Assembly (NCBI GenBank): GCA_030706225.1
Contig: JAUZOW010000001.1
Span: 1-51,955, forward strand
Source: Bacteroidota bacterium
GTDB lineage: Bacteria; Bacteroidota; Bacteroidia; Bacteroidales; FEN-979
Reading direction: 5' to 3'
DNA: 51,955 bases
Below, in pieces: positions 1 through 7,954 of the stretch; position 1 is the first letter of the stretch; each line of letters opens with the position of its first letter. The position numbers were made by a program, and so were the translations under genes. The notes under the pieces are model-generated. The model searched no databases, was not told where the DNA came from, and saw only the letters and a list, made by a program, of their open reading frames with translations.

Positions 1-31
1 CAGCCCATGAATGATTAAATGAATACATTCT

Positions 32-1390
32 TTACACGAGTCCCTGAGCCAGCATGGCTTCAGCGACTTTGACAAACCCACCGATATTGGCTCCTTTCAC
101 ATAATTGATGAAGCCGTCGGATTCAGTTCCCCATTTCATGCAATTCTTGTGAATATTGATCATGATGGTGTGGAGCTTGGCATCCACTTCTTCACGCGAC
201 CAGCTCATACGCATAGAGTTCTGTGACATTTCCAACCCGGAGGTTGCGACTCCGCCGGCATTGGCGGCTTTTCCGGGGCCATAGAGAATTTTTTTACTCA
301 GGTAAAGCTCAATGGCTTCCGGAGTGGATGGCATGTTAGCTCCTTCCGAAATGCATAAACAATCATTCTTGATGAGAATTTTTGCATCATCTCCTTCGAT
401 TTCATTCTGGGTCGCACAAGGCAATGCAATATCGCATTTTACTTCCCATGGACGCTTACCGGCGAAATACTTTGCTTCTGCATACTTATCGCAGTATTCC
501 CTGATTCTTCCTCTACGGATATTTTTGAGATTCATTACAAAGGCCAGTTTTTCGGCATCAATGCCTTTCGGGTCATAAATATACCCATCGGAATCGGATA
601 GGGTAACTACTTTGGCTCCAAGCTGGGTAGCTTTTTCAGTTGCATACTGGGCGACATTTCCCGAACCTGAAATAGCAATGATTTTCCCTTTGAAATCAAG
701 ATTTCTGGTCTTGAGCATCTCCTGGGCAAAATAAACTGCGCCATAACCGGTAGCCTCCGGACGAACCAGGCTTCCTCCCCATTCCAGTCCTTTCCCGGTC
801 AGGACACCTGTGAATTCATTACGTAAACGCTTGTACTGGCCAAATAAATAGCCGATTTCACGACCGCCAACCCCGATATCTCCGGCAGGGACATCGGTAT
901 CCGGGCCGATATGACGCGATAATTCAGTCATAAAACTTTGACAGAACCGCATGACTTCATTATCTGACTTCCCTTTCGGATCGAAATCACTTCCTCCTTT
1001 TCCTCCACCCATAGGCAATGTAGTCAGACTGTTCTTGAATACCTGTTCAAAAGCAAGGAACTTCAGAATGCCCAGATTTACGGTAGGATGGAAGCGTAAA
1101 CCACCTTTGTACGGACCGATTGCACTGTTCATCTCTATCCGGTATCCCTTGTTGATCTGGATCTCTCCCTTATCGTCAGTCCATGGAACCCGGAATAGAA
1201 TAACCCGTTCGGGCTCGGCAATCCTTTCCAGAATCTTGGCGGTTTTGTATTTCGGGTTTTCTTCAATGAATGGGATCAGGGATTCAGCGACCTCTTTGAC
1301 TGCCTGGTGAAATTCCTTTTCACCCGGATTTTTTGCAATGATCTTAGCCATAAAATCATTGATCCTTTGTTCGATTGCTTGATTTGCCAT
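32..1390 (-). CDS. gdhA: NADP-specific glutamate dehydrogenase
   Basis: 452-aa ORF with ATG start. Glu/Leu/Phe/Val dehydrogenase hallmarks are present (KGGLRFHP, PMGGGKGGSDFDPKGKS, GDIGVGGREIGYLFGQYKRL, Rossmann GSGNVAQY). Length and end-to-end pattern fit E. coli-type GdhA. Confidence 0.95.
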   Translation of the reverse strand: MANQAIEQRINDFMAKIIAKNPGEKEFHQAVKEVAESLIPFIEENPKYKTAKILERIAEPERVILFRVPWTDDKGEIQINKGYRIEMNSAIGPYKGGLRFHPTVNLGILKFLAFEQVFKNSLTTLPMGGGKGGSDFDPKGKSDNEVMRFCQSFMTELSRHIGPDTDVPAGDIGVGGREIGYLFGQYKRLRNEFTGVLTGKGLEWGGSLVRPEATGYGAVYFAQEMLKTRNLDFKGKIIAISGSGNVAQYATEKATQLGAKVVTLSDSDGYIYDPKGIDAEKLAFVMNLKNIRRGRIREYCDKYAEAKYFAGKRPWEVKCDIALPCATQNEIEGDDAKILIKNDCLCISEGANMPSTPEAIELYLSKKILYGPGKAANAGGVATSGLEMSQNSMRMSWSREEVDAKLHTIMINIHKNCMKWGTESDGFINYVKGANIGGFVKVAEAMLAQGLV

Positions 1391-1430
1391 AGGTGATTGA
1401 TTTAAAGGTTGTTGTTATATTATCCTTAAG

Positions 1431-1438
1431 CAAAAATA
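1431..1438 (-). promoter_or_regulatory. Candidate Bacteroidota -7 box (TAnnTTTG on minus strand) for gdhA
   Basis: Plus-strand CAAAAATA is TATTTTTG on the minus strand, about 40 nt upstream of the gdhA ATG. A motif match only. Confidence 0.3.
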
Positions 1439-1611
1439 TTTAAAAGAAATTCCATTTCAATGAAAAAAACACTTGATTATTTGATTTAATATGCTTATAT
1501 TCAATAAGATACGTAAGTTACTTACGGTCTTTGGTGAATGTTACTTAAAATTTTGTACGTAAACCTCTTATCTTGCTAATAATCATTATTTTCCTCTTTG
1601 TTTTAGTTAAA

Positions 1612-1650
1612 AAATATCTTTATCTTTACAAAGAATCTTCAAAGATATTT
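1612..1650. promoter_or_regulatory. Perfect 10-bp inverted repeat AAATATCTTT-N19-AAAGATATTT (candidate operator or stem-loop)
   Basis: Arms at 1612-1621 and 1641-1650 are exact reverse complements. The repeat ends 24 bp upstream of the ATG at 1674, in the gdhA/cluster divergent intergenic region. Confidence 0.4.
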
Positions 1651-1673
1651 CCTGACTTTAAATTTGGAAAATC

Positions 1674-4600
1674 ATGAACCTCCCTGATGAGCAAACCGGT
1701 TTAAGTCATAACAACAAGCTATCTTCGGACGTCAACAAAATGATGTATGATAGCCGTGAAAGGTTAAAAGAGCTTACGGCAATCAATGAGACTACCATGA
1801 TCATTCGCCAGGAAAAGTCAATCCCTGATACATTGCAGGAGATTTGTCAAATCCTTCCGGCAGCATGGCAGTATCCTGAGCATACGGAAGCAAGGATCCT
1901 GTTTGATGATATGGAATTTATGACGGAAGGTTATCGTGAGACCTCCTGGAAAATGGAGCAACCTTTCGAGACAATTGATAATATTCAGGGGAAGATTGAG
2001 ATTTGTTATTCACAGGAATTCCCGGAAATGGATGAAGGACCTTTCCTGAAAGAAGAAAGGAATCTGATCATTAACCTGGCAAGCCTGATGGAAGGATATC
2101 TGAATGGAATCAAAGGGAAAGAGGGAAGATATGTAACGCGGGAGCGTTTGAAAGAACTATCGGCTATTAATCAGACGACCAGTATCCTCCGGGCGGGCAA
2201 ACCTGTTGAAGAGGCTCTTCACCAGATTTGTCTTGTTCTTCCCAAAGCCTGGCAATATCCTGAATTTGCTGTTTGCCGGATCCGGTATGGTAACATTGAA
2301 GTTCAAAGCTTCGGCTTCCGTGAAACCCAATGGATACAAAAACAAACCTTTGAGACGATTGACAATCAGGAAGGCTTAATTGAAATATTTTACCTGAAAG
2401 CATTTCCTCAATCCGACGAAGGACCCTTCCTGGAAGAAGAACGTCATCTGATCATTAATCTGGCAAACCTGATCGCAGGTTATCTGAACAGCGTGAAAGG
2501 AAAAGCCATCCTCCGGAAAAATATTGAGAAAGCTGCTCCTCCAAAAGAAATTCAGGAAGGAGAATCGGTCAAATACAGTCGTCAGTTATTGCAGACCTTC
2601 CTGAACCGGCAGAACTATAACCGGGATGTTTATCATGATCTGATGCCTTTCAAAGTCAAGGAAATCCTTTTAGTAGCTAATCTTTACGATGCTTACAGTA
2701 TTGAAAAGGAAGGCCGCTTCTCCGAGCATGTTCTGGGAGAATTTTACCAGCTCAGCTTAAGTACAATGCCCCGAATCACAGGGGTTTCAACCATTGAGGA
2801 GGTCTTCGAGCAACTCAACATGAAACATTATGACCTGGTCATCATCATGATGGGAACGGATAAGAAATTCCCGATGGAATTAAGTCATAAGATCAAGGAT
2901 AAATTCCAATATATACCTGTTTTCCTGCTGCTGAACAGTAATATCGACATGGCGCTCATTGAAAATGAACGGGAGCAGCTGATCTGGATCGACCGGATTT
3001 TCGTCTGGAATGGCGATTCCAAGATCTTCTTTGCCATGATCAATTACCTGGAAGATAAAATTAATGTGGAAAACGATACCCATATAGGAATGGTCCGGGT
3101 CATCCTCCTTGTGGAAGATGATCCGGAATATTATTCTCTTTATCTCCCCATGCTTTATAATATTGTATTGGAGCAGACAAAGAATATTATTGAAGATGTT
3201 ACAACCGATGAGCTTTACCGTATTCTCCGGTTGAAAGCCCGTCCCAAAATATTGCTTGCATCTACATTTGAAGAGGCAATGTACATTTTTGGGAAATATA
3301 AAGAATTTATGCTTTGCCTGATCTCTGATGTGAAATTCAAGAAAGACGGCAAATTGAACGATAATGCGGGTTTTATGCTGGTAAAGCAGATGCGGAAAGA
3401 GATTCGGGACCTTCCGATTGTTCTGCAATCTTCCAACGATACCAATCTTGAAAAAGCGTATGAGTTGAAAGCCTCTTTTATCAAGAAAAATTCTGATACT
3501 CTTCTTCAGGATTTCAGAAGCTTCATTACCCATTACCTTGGATTTGGAAATTTTATCTATCGCGATCAGGAAGGCCATCAGATAGCTGTTGCACGTTCAC
3601 TCAAAGAATTCGAGGAATTTCTACGTACCATTCCGGATGAATCCCTTGTTTATCATGGCCGGAAAAATCATTTTTCGCTATGGTTAATGGCCAGAGGAGA
3701 AATTCAGGTGGCTAAAATCCTGAACCCGGCGAAGGTCACTGATTTTAAAGACCCGGCAAGTTTGAGGGAATATCTGATCAATGTTATCGAGCATTTCAGA
3801 AATGAACAGAATAAGGGGAAAGTAATTCCTTTTGAAGAAAAATCCATTACCGACGAAACCAATATCCTCAGCCTCACGGAAGGAGCATTGGGCGGAAAAG
3901 GCAGAGGGCTTGCATTCATCAACACACTGATCTATAATTATGATTTTTCCAGGCATGTTCCTAACATCAATATCCGCACACCCAAAACATCCATCATCGG
4001 GACCGATGAATTTGAGTACTTTCTTGACCGGAATAAGTTGAGGGAACTGGCTGTTTTTGAAACAGACTATGAAAAGATCCGCGAAGCATTTGTTGCAGGC
4101 AAATTGACTGAATCCCTGATCCGGAAGCTGAAGCTGATCATAAAATATATCACCAAGCCTCTTGCTATTCGTTCTTCCGGTTTGTTTGAAGATTCTCTGA
4201 ACCAGCCTTTCGCCGGGATATTTGAAACCTATTTGATTCCTAACAATCATCCCGATCCAAGGATCCGGCTCGAACAACTTATGACAGCCATCAAGCTGGT
4301 ATATGCTTCGGTATATTCCAGAATAGCTAAAGGATATATTGAAGCAGTACATTACAAGATTGAACAGGAGAAGATGGCAGTTGTTATTCAGGAAGTTGTT
4401 GGTAATCAGTATGAAGATGTATATTACCCTCACGTCAGTGGCGTGGCGCAATCGCACAACTACTATCCGTTTGCTCATATGAAACCCGAAGAGGGATTTG
4501 CCGTGATTGCCCTCGGCTTGGGAAGATATGTCGTGGAAGGGGATCGGGCATTCCGGTTTGCACCGTTATATCCTACCCTGGAAATCAATTCTCCAAAGGA

Positions 4601-5549
4601 TCAGTATAAAGGTTCACAGGTATATTATTATGCTGTTGACCTGAAAAAAAAGGATGTAAATCTGTTGGAAGGAGAAGATGCAGGTCTCCGGAAACTGGAT
4701 ATTGAAGATGCCGAGCGCCATTCTACGTTGAAACATTGTGCATCGGTTTATTCCGTCGATATGAACCGGATCATCCCGGGATTGGGACAACCGGGCCCAA
4801 GGGTTGTTAATTTTGCTGATATATTGAAATATAATTACATCCCGCTGGCTAAAACCATTGAAGTGGTTCTGGATGTGGTCAAAGAAGCCCTGGGGGCTCC
4901 GGTTGAGATTGAATTTGCGGTTGACCTGAACAAAGACTCCGAGTTCAAGGCATCTTTTTACCTGTTACAGATCAAGCCACTTATTGGCAGTACCCAGGAA
5001 TATGAAGTGGATATGAATAAGATCGATCCCGAAAAGATCCTTTTATTTTCAGAAAAGGAAATGGGGAATGGATTGATAGATGATATCCGGGATGTTGTTT
5101 TTGTGGATCCGGCATCGTTTGACAAATCCAAAACCATTGAAATGGCTGCCGAGATGGAAAAGATCAATAGTGAGATGATCCGGAAAGGACGGAATTATAT
5201 TCTCATCGGACCGGGACGTTGGGGTACGCGTGATCGCTGGATAGGAGTTCCTGTTGTCTGGCCCCAGATTTCCAATGCAAAAGTAATTGTGGAAACAAGC
5301 CTGGAAGATTTTCCGCTGGATGCGTCTTCCGGTTCACACTTTTTTCATAATGTGACATCTATGAATGTTGGGTATTTTTCTGTACAGCCAGAAATTTCAA
5401 AAAGTTTTATCCGTTACGATGTCTTAAATGCACAGAATACTTTGCGCAAAACAGAGTATTTCCGTATTGTACGCTTTGATAAGCCAGTGATTGTGAGAAT
5501 GGACGGGAAAAAAAGAATTGCTGTCATAAGCTGGCAGAATGGACAATAA
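1674..5549 (+). CDS. Multidomain sensor/ATP-grasp protein: 2x GAF-like (AWQYPE-motif) modules + pseudo-receiver + receiver + PPDK_N-like (PEP synthase/PPDK nucleotide-binding) domain + conserved C-terminal module
   Basis: 1291-aa ORF. Residues 28-150 and 156-278 are tandem copies (RERLKEL..AWQYPE..DEGPFL.EER.LIINLA). Residues ~474-610 fit a CheY-like receiver (LLVEDD .. LISDV .. LQSS .. FIKK). Residues ~735-1100 carry GGKGRGLAF, AIRSSGLFEDS, PFAGIFETY, VVIQEVV, VEIEFAV and LLQIKP, typical of the PEP synthase/PPDK ATP-grasp N-domain. No GGxTSHAAI swivel motif or PEP-utilising TIM-barrel region is visible. Confidence 0.8.
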   Translation: MNLPDEQTGLSHNNKLSSDVNKMMYDSRERLKELTAINETTMIIRQEKSIPDTLQEICQILPAAWQYPEHTEARILFDDMEFMTEGYRETSWKMEQPFETIDNIQGKIEICYSQEFPEMDEGPFLKEERNLIINLASLMEGYLNGIKGKEGRYVTRERLKELSAINQTTSILRAGKPVEEALHQICLVLPKAWQYPEFAVCRIRYGNIEVQSFGFRETQWIQKQTFETIDNQEGLIEIFYLKAFPQSDEGPFLEEERHLIINLANLIAGYLNSVKGKAILRKNIEKAAPPKEIQEGESVKYSRQLLQTFLNRQNYNRDVYHDLMPFKVKEILLVANLYDAYSIEKEGRFSEHVLGEFYQLSLSTMPRITGVSTIEEVFEQLNMKHYDLVIIMMGTDKKFPMELSHKIKDKFQYIPVFLLLNSNIDMALIENEREQLIWIDRIFVWNGDSKIFFAMINYLEDKINVENDTHIGMVRVILLVEDDPEYYSLYLPMLYNIVLEQTKNIIEDVTTDELYRILRLKARPKILLASTFEEAMYIFGKYKEFMLCLISDVKFKKDGKLNDNAGFMLVKQMRKEIRDLPIVLQSSNDTNLEKAYELKASFIKKNSDTLLQDFRSFITHYLGFGNFIYRDQEGHQIAVARSLKEFEEFLRTIPDESLVYHGRKNHFSLWLMARGEIQVAKILNPAKVTDFKDPASLREYLINVIEHFRNEQNKGKVIPFEEKSITDETNILSLTEGALGGKGRGLAFINTLIYNYDFSRHVPNINIRTPKTSIIGTDEFEYFLDRNKLRELAVFETDYEKIREAFVAGKLTESLIRKLKLIIKYITKPLAIRSSGLFEDSLNQPFAGIFETYLIPNNHPDPRIRLEQLMTAIKLVYASVYSRIAKGYIEAVHYKIEQEKMAVVIQEVVGNQYEDVYYPHVSGVAQSHNYYPFAHMKPEEGFAVIALGLGRYVVEGDRAFRFAPLYPTLEINSPKDQYKGSQVYYYAVDLKKKDVNLLEGEDAGLRKLDIEDAERHSTLKHCASVYSVDMNRIIPGLGQPGPRVVNFADILKYNYIPLAKTIEVVLDVVKEALGAPVEIEFAVDLNKDSEFKASFYLLQIKPLIGSTQEYEVDMNKIDPEKILLFSEKEMGNGLIDDIRDVVFVDPASFDKSKTIEMAAEMEKINSEMIRKGRNYILIGPGRWGTRDRWIGVPVVWPQISNAKVIVETSLEDFPLDASSGSHFFHNVTSMNVGYFSVQPEISKSFIRYDVLNAQNTLRKTEYFRIVRFDKPVIVRMDGKKRIAVISWQNGQ
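1755..2507 (+). repeat. Intragenic tandem duplication (2 x ~128 codons) encoding the AWQYPE-type sensory module
   Basis: Copy 1 is ~1755-2123 and copy 2 is ~2139-2507. The protein copies are roughly 55-60% identical by eye and collinear over their whole length. Confidence 0.85.
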
Positions 5550-5607
5550 AAGAATGCACATAAATGAATTTTACAATAGCTTTTAATAACTATTATAAAA
5601 ACATCCT

Positions 5608-6126
5608 ATGCGTGTTTCAAGAATTTATCCATCCATCAACCGGAAATCCAATATCCAGGTTGATATTTCATTACTGGATCCCCTTCTTCAGAAATACAAG
5701 GGTATTAAAGGAAATCTGATCCCTTTGCTTCAGGGGACTCAGGAAATATATGGGTTCATTCCCCGTTCTGCTTTTGAGCGGATTTCGGATGAAACAGGGC
5801 TTCCATTGAGCAAAATGTACGGGGTAGCTACCTTTTATGCCCAATTCCGGCTTCATCCTGTCGGCAAACATATTATCAAAGTTTGTCATGGCACTGCCTG
5901 TCATGTTCAGAATGCCAACTTAATTTCTGAAGCCATTGAGGAAGAGCTGTGCGTAAAAGACGGTGAGACCACAGAAGATCATTTTTATACGCTGGAATCG
6001 GTTGCCTGCCTGGGATGTTGTTCCCTTGCACCGGTCATGATGGTAGGGGATCATGCCTACGGGAAACTAACCGGTACAAAAGCTACCCGGATACTGAAAG
6101 AAATTCGCGATAATGAGAATAAATGA
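5608..6126 (+). CDS. NuoE/HydC-like thioredoxin-fold [2Fe-2S] subunit (24-kDa family)
   Basis: 172 aa. The Cys pattern VCHGTACHV ... ACLGCCSLAPV and the LIPLLQ..Q...G.I motif are typical of the NuoE/HndA/HydC family. It lies 58 bp after the upstream ORF on the same strand. Confidence 0.9.
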   Translation: MRVSRIYPSINRKSNIQVDISLLDPLLQKYKGIKGNLIPLLQGTQEIYGFIPRSAFERISDETGLPLSKMYGVATFYAQFRLHPVGKHIIKVCHGTACHVQNANLISEAIEEELCVKDGETTEDHFYTLESVACLGCCSLAPVMMVGDHAYGKLTGTKATRILKEIRDNENK

Positions 6127-6143
6127 TCACAAATCATTGAAGT

Positions 6144-7922
6144 ATGTCTGAAACAACGGTGACCGTCGGACTGGGAAGTTGCGGCATTGCTGCAGGAGCC
6201 GGCAAAACATACGAAAAGATTCAGTCGATCCGGGAAACGGAAAAACTGGATTTTATTCTCCGGAAAACATCTTGTATTGGCATGTGTTACCGGGAACCTC
6301 TGGTTGAGATCCGGGATGAAACGGGAAGTTATATTTATGGCGATGTTTCTGAAGAACGTGTTGCTGAATTAATAGAAAAGCATGTCAGAAATCATGAACC
6401 TGTTCGTGAATACATTATTCAAACCGATGTGTTTAATGCTCCGGAAAATGATTTTCTGAAGTCACAGGTAAGAATTGTTCTCCGGAATTGTGGATTAATG
6501 GATCCTGAATCCATTGAAGAATATGAATCCCGGCAAGGATACCAGGCAATCCGGAAAATCATCAGCGAAAATATTTTGAGAGAAGATGTCATTAAAACAA
6601 TATTGGATTCAGGATTAAGAGGACGTGGAGGCGCCGGTTTTTCGACGGGATTGAAATGGAAATACGCAAATGCCAACAAATCGTCTGAAAAATATGTGAT
6701 CTGTAATGCCGATGAAGGCGATCCGGGTGCTTTCATGGACCGGTCAGTTCTGGAAGGTGATCCTCATTCGGTTTTGGAAGGGATGATCATCGCGGCTTAT
6801 TCCATTGAAGCGACAGGTGGCGTCATTTATTGTCGTGCCGAATATCCCCTGGCGATTAAGAGATTGGATATAGCGATCCGGCAGGCCCGCGAAAGAGGAT
6901 ATCTTGGAACAAATGTTTTCGGGAAGGAAGGATTTAATTTCGATATTACAATCAAGGAAGGAGCAGGAGCTTTTGTTTGCGGAGAAGAAACCGCTCTGAT
7001 CGCTTCGGTGGAAGGAGAAAGAGGTATGCCTCGCAAACGCCCGCCATTTCCTGCTCAGTCGGGACTCTGGAAAAAGCCTACAAATATCAACAATGTGGAG
7101 ACTTATGCCAATGTTCCCTGGATCATCCTGAACGGTGCGGAAGCATATGCGAAATATGGAACGGAAAAAAGCAAAGGAACCAAGGTTTTTGCCCTTGCAG
7201 GGAAAGTAAAGCATTCGGGTTTGGTTGAAGTCCCAATGGGAGTGACTATCCGCGATGTCATTTTCAAGCTGGGAGGTGGAATCAAGATGGATAAACGTTT
7301 CAAGGCTGTCCAGCTGGGAGGCCCTTCCGGCGGATGTATTCCGGAAAGCCATTCCGATACCATCGTGGATTATGATTCATTGAATGCCACAGGAGCCATT
7401 ATGGGCTCCGGAGGAATGGTCGTAATGGATGAAACGACATGCATGGTGGATGTCGCCAAATTCTTCCTGGATTTCACCCGGAAAGAATCCTGCGGCAAGT
7501 GCACATTCTGCCGGATGGGTACAAAACGTATGCTGGAGATCCTTGAACGAATAACAGATGGGAAAGGAGAGGAGGGCGATATTGAAAAACTGGAAGAACT
7601 GGCTTTTCAAATCCGGGATAATTCTCTTTGCGCTCTCGGACAAACTGCTCCGAATCCCGTTTTAACTACAATCCGTTATTTCCGGGATGAATATGAAGCT
7701 CATATTTTACATAAAAAATGTCCGGCAAAAGTTTGCAGACCATTACTGACGTATACTGTAGATCCTGCAAAATGTACAGGATGTATGGTTTGCCTGAAAA
7801 ATTGCCCTGTTCATGCGATCACAGGAGAACGGAAAAAGATACATTTTATCGATCCGGATATTTGTACAAAATGCGGAATTTGCTTCTCAAAATGTAAATT
7901 TGACTCTATTATTGTGTCCTGA
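6144..7922 (+). CDS. NuoF/HydB-like NAD(P)H-binding FMN iron-sulfur flavoprotein with C-terminal 2x[4Fe-4S] ferredoxin domain
   Basis: 592 aa. It has an N-terminal thioredoxin-like Cys pair region (GSCGIAAG .. CIGMCYREP) and the GRGGAGFSTGLKWK FMN/NADH motif. It also has the ESCGKCTFCRMG cluster motif and a C-terminal CTGCMVCLKNCP plus CTKCGICFSKCK. Confidence 0.9.
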   Translation: MSETTVTVGLGSCGIAAGAGKTYEKIQSIRETEKLDFILRKTSCIGMCYREPLVEIRDETGSYIYGDVSEERVAELIEKHVRNHEPVREYIIQTDVFNAPENDFLKSQVRIVLRNCGLMDPESIEEYESRQGYQAIRKIISENILREDVIKTILDSGLRGRGGAGFSTGLKWKYANANKSSEKYVICNADEGDPGAFMDRSVLEGDPHSVLEGMIIAAYSIEATGGVIYCRAEYPLAIKRLDIAIRQARERGYLGTNVFGKEGFNFDITIKEGAGAFVCGEETALIASVEGERGMPRKRPPFPAQSGLWKKPTNINNVETYANVPWIILNGAEAYAKYGTEKSKGTKVFALAGKVKHSGLVEVPMGVTIRDVIFKLGGGIKMDKRFKAVQLGGPSGGCIPESHSDTIVDYDSLNATGAIMGSGGMVVMDETTCMVDVAKFFLDFTRKESCGKCTFCRMGTKRMLEILERITDGKGEEGDIEKLEELAFQIRDNSLCALGQTAPNPVLTTIRYFRDEYEAHILHKKCPAKVCRPLLTYTVDPAKCTGCMVCLKNCPVHAITGERKKIHFIDPDICTKCGICFSKCKFDSIIVS

Positions 7923-7954
7923 TTAACCGATCATCAAGTTGAAAAATTTTTAAA

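Noticed and set aside
1614-1626. 13-mer ATATCTTTATCTT shared between the cluster upstream region and the tgt upstream region (32925-32937) as a common regulatory site
   Set aside because: In a 52-kb AT-biased sequence several shared 13-mers are expected by chance. The motif also resembles a degenerate TAnnTTT(G/A) promoter element. It is not sufficient evidence for a specific regulon.
1659-1666. TAAATTTG (TAnnTTTG match) as the promoter -7 box of the first cluster gene
   Set aside because: It ends only 7 nt before the ATG at 1674, which would imply an essentially leaderless transcript. This is possible but unsupported, so it is not listed as a feature.
2880-4478. Long antisense ORFs (232 aa at 2880-3578 and 264 aa at 3684-4478, minus strand) inside the first ATG-grasp-type gene
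   Set aside because: They lie fully opposite a strongly supported 1291-aa CDS. Their translations are low-complexity with no recognisable motifs. They are typical shadow ORFs. The same applies to 6744-7352, 10247-10717, 17045-17578 and 47557-48051.
1674-5549. Annotating the two large ATP-grasp proteins (also 11702-14680) as phosphoenolpyruvate synthase or pyruvate phosphate dikinase
   Set aside because: Only the N-terminal nucleotide-binding (PPDK_N) domain is present. The swivel phospho-His motif (GGxTSHAAI-like) and the PEP/pyruvate TIM-barrel domain are absent. Receiver domains precede the ATP-grasp domain.
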